Below the pieces are notes generated by a model. The model saw only the letters and a program-made list of their open reading frames with translations. It did not search any database and was not told where the DNA came from. Position numbers and translations under genes: made by a program. A stretch of DNA of 64,000 nucleotides. Origin: Squalus acanthias. Lineage: Eukaryota. This document shows positions 61,191 to 64,000 of the stretch, piece by piece (position 1 is the first letter of the stretch; each line of letters opens with the position of its first letter). The DNA is taken from assembly GCA_030390025.1 (NCBI GenBank), contig CM059432.1:96226001-96290000 (forward strand). Reading direction: 5' to 3'.

Positions 61191-62678
61191 GGATATCAGA
61201 TCAGAACAGGATCAGGCTTTGCTGGAATCTGCTCCCATCCCCTACCCCATCCCTTCACTGCCAAATATGCACCACACAAGAAGAATGACCACTCATTGAG
61301 GTACTGGAAGGTTTTTGGCATCAATAAAACTGTTAACCCAGCAAGAGTAAGAGCCTTCAAAGAAAGGAAAGGAGAAAATTGGTCAAATAAACATCCATGG
61401 GGATAATTTTAACTTTTATTGCCTGGCTAAAAATGAGTGATAGCGAATACACCTCACAAGTTGGAAAACAGGCTGCCAATTCACTTTCACCCATTTTACA
61501 CCTGGTAATAAAAGTTAAAATTGCATCCCTAGCCTCTAATAAATCCAGAATTAATTACAATTGGACACAAAAGTCACTTTCCAACATAATTTCAGTAACT
61601 TTGGCACTTCAAAATGAAAATAAAACAAATGCCTGTAGAAAACTAGTAAGAATGAAGTTCAAATTACCAAGCAACTGTTCCTAATTTTTCTTATGGGCCT
61701 TGAGATTAATTTCATGCCCATTTTTCACATTGAATTGGGATACAGATTTTGAAAATTTGCCTCTTAGTAAAAACTGAGGACATTCAAAAAGTAATTCTCA
61801 AAATATAAATATGCCAGACTACTTTCCAAACAGTTAACAGGCGAATCAGAATATAAAAACATGTTCTTACTAAAAGCAAAAGGCCAATGGTTTTCTCACA
61901 AGCCCTTTATCATTCAACTGGATCTAAATATAGATAGAGAGCAAGCAAAGTTGCAGAATTGTGTTGCTTGACAAAAAAGCATCCAAAGCCAATACACTGA
62001 ATTGAGAGGTCAAAGAAAGCATCCCATCCCGAAGACTGCACGTTTTTCAAATACTTGGTTGAGGATGTTTCAAAAACAGTTCTAAATTGGGAAGAGCTGT
62101 ATCAGAATTCTGTATAAGACTATGGGTGACCCTGCAACCAAATATTCTCTTAAAAATAATATTAGTTTGTAAGGTGATTGGATACATGCTGCCTGTTAAA
62201 AGTTTAGAGTAGTACCTTAGACATTTTCTTGGTTACAGCAGTGCAATCTACTTCTGTAAGTAGTGAAGTAAGACTAAGTGGCTTATCCTGTTTCCTTTTT
62301 CTGATGAGGGGAGTTACTTATGCCACCCTTCAATCTTCTGATACAATTTCCTTTCCATAGAATATCAGAAAATTACAGTCACAGCCTCCATTATTTTTGC
62401 CCTACCTTCCCTCAGAATCCTTAGTGGTAAACTGTCAGGTCCCATTATTTTATCTACCTTAATTTGGGTAATTTCTTTAGTGCCATCTCCCTTTGAATAA
62501 TAACCTCAACTAACTAGTCTACAACCGATCACCACAAAATTGTCTTCTTCAACTCAGAGGTCCTACCATTAATTTACTACTAATATGCCTATAGAAAGCC
62601 TCTTTTATTGCCTTTTATGCTTATACTAATTTTCTGTCATACTTTCATCCTAAATAAACTCCCTCTTTGTGGCTCTAA

Positions 62679-63436
62679 TGGCCCAGAATTTGCGGCCAGC
62701 AGCGAAGTGATGACAAACGCAGCGGACCTCGAAGAAAGCTGCCCAGAAAGATCTAGCGATCTTTATGGCGTGAATTTCACCTCTCCTGATGTTAGTTTGA
62801 ATCTGGCGCTGAATCTCCAGTGTCCAACAACAGTGATGTCCTCAAGTAGGCTAAGCAGCCAAACAATTTGTAGAATTCTTACAGACAGCAAACCAGGAAG
62901 TAAAATGCACAGATTATAATTTACTTTTTATAAATTTTATAGAGAGCAAAATAATGATTGGGATATATACATAGGATTAAGGTAGAAGCTGAAAGATCAT
63001 AAACAAACTTAAAAATATATATATTTAAAAACCTTTGTATTTCTTATCATATTAATCAAAAAATTTGACATTCCAAAAATATAAAATTAGTTTTTCAAGG
63101 CCAGAATGGTTGTTCAGCAGTCAATACGCTGTTAAAAACCCAGTTACACCTCTTTCAACAATGCTTAACTTTTCAGGGGGTGGCGGGGGGTTTAACAGCG
63201 ATATTCTAGAGTAATAGGGGAAGTTTTCATCCTTCAGTGCGATTTGAATTGATTGTCGGCTCCGGGGAGTTACACAGCACAACCTGTGAAGGAGCAGGGA
63301 ATGACTGACAGCAGTTTCTGGATTTCCACATTTATCTGCGCATGCACTGACTCCAGAAGTTGTTGTCATTTTCTAAGGAGTAATGATGGTGAATGCTTAC
63401 AGTTTCAGTGTCATTACCACCACAAAATCCAGGCCA
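62679..63436. mobile_element. Old Harbinger-type MITE
   Basis: TGGCCCAGAATTTGCG / CACAAAATCCAGGCCA ends with TAA/TTA flanks. Confidence 0.55.
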
Positions 63437-63819
63437 TTATAGTGGTTATATTTGTCTTGATTTTCAGTTTTTATTATCTGCCCTGTAAACACTAAATGCT
63501 CTTTTATTTAGTTTCAAATTTCTAATCCCTCCATTAATCCATGAAACCCAATTTTTGACACATTCACTTTATTTCATTACTGGAAAGCATTTGATTATAC
63601 CCTTTCCATCTTTTTAAATATTTTCCATTGCTGACCAAAAGTTCTACTTGTCAACTTTTCCTCCCATTTGACCAAATCAAGGACCCTTTTTATCACAGAA
63701 TCATAGAAACTTACAGCACAGAGGAGGCCATTCAGCCTGTCGTGCCACTTCCACCCACCTCCCCCAAACCCTACTTCTTTCTGAGTCCGCCCCTGGAAAA
63801 AACTCTCTCCCAACTCTCT

Positions 63820-64000
63820 TAGAACTGCACTTATGAAATCCCAACTGTCCAGCCTTTGGCCCTCCATTCACCATGACATTTCTGCAGCTACCGATCTGCT
63901 CAACCATACCCTCACCACCATCTTTGATGCCCTAGTCCCTACTAAAACAATTACCCTCCCTCATCCTGGCAGTTCCCCCTGGCACGGCCCTCATCTTCAC
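63820..64000 (+). mobile_element. L2-like ORF2 fragment running off the window
   Basis: LLNHTLTTIFDALVP.K......PWHG-like translation. Confidence 0.45.

Noticed and set aside
1..64000. CRISPR arrays, rRNA, prokaryotic operons
   Set aside because: None seen; the sequence is vertebrate-type repeat DNA with spliceosomal introns.

Overview
Eukaryotic, non-genic, transposon-saturated DNA; the repeat families (CR1 with SGNH-esterase ORF1, Deu-domain SINE, Penelope remnants, PIF/Harbinger elements with spliced Myb/SANT genes) suggest a cartilaginous fish (inference). No host protein-coding exon could be supported. Contents: at least 6 PIF/Harbinger elements or remnants plus MITEs, three large CR1 LINEs, a CR1-group LINE with a tRNA-SINE-like head and no ORF1, an L1/Tx1-clade element, a young Ty3/Gypsy element lacking its 5' LTR and fused in frame to a CR1 RT, L2 remnants and SINEs, many nested. 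Most interesting: (i) the Tx1 element lies between two 220-bp direct copies of a TATA-containing unit from the CR1 5' end, suggesting promoter targeting or hijacking; (ii) the ORF1-less LINE with a Pol III-type head; (iii) a minimal hammerhead ribozyme in a Penelope pseudo-LTR; (iv) family-specific subterminal motifs pairing MITEs with Harbinger families. Coordinates were read by eye; boundaries of old elements are approximate.
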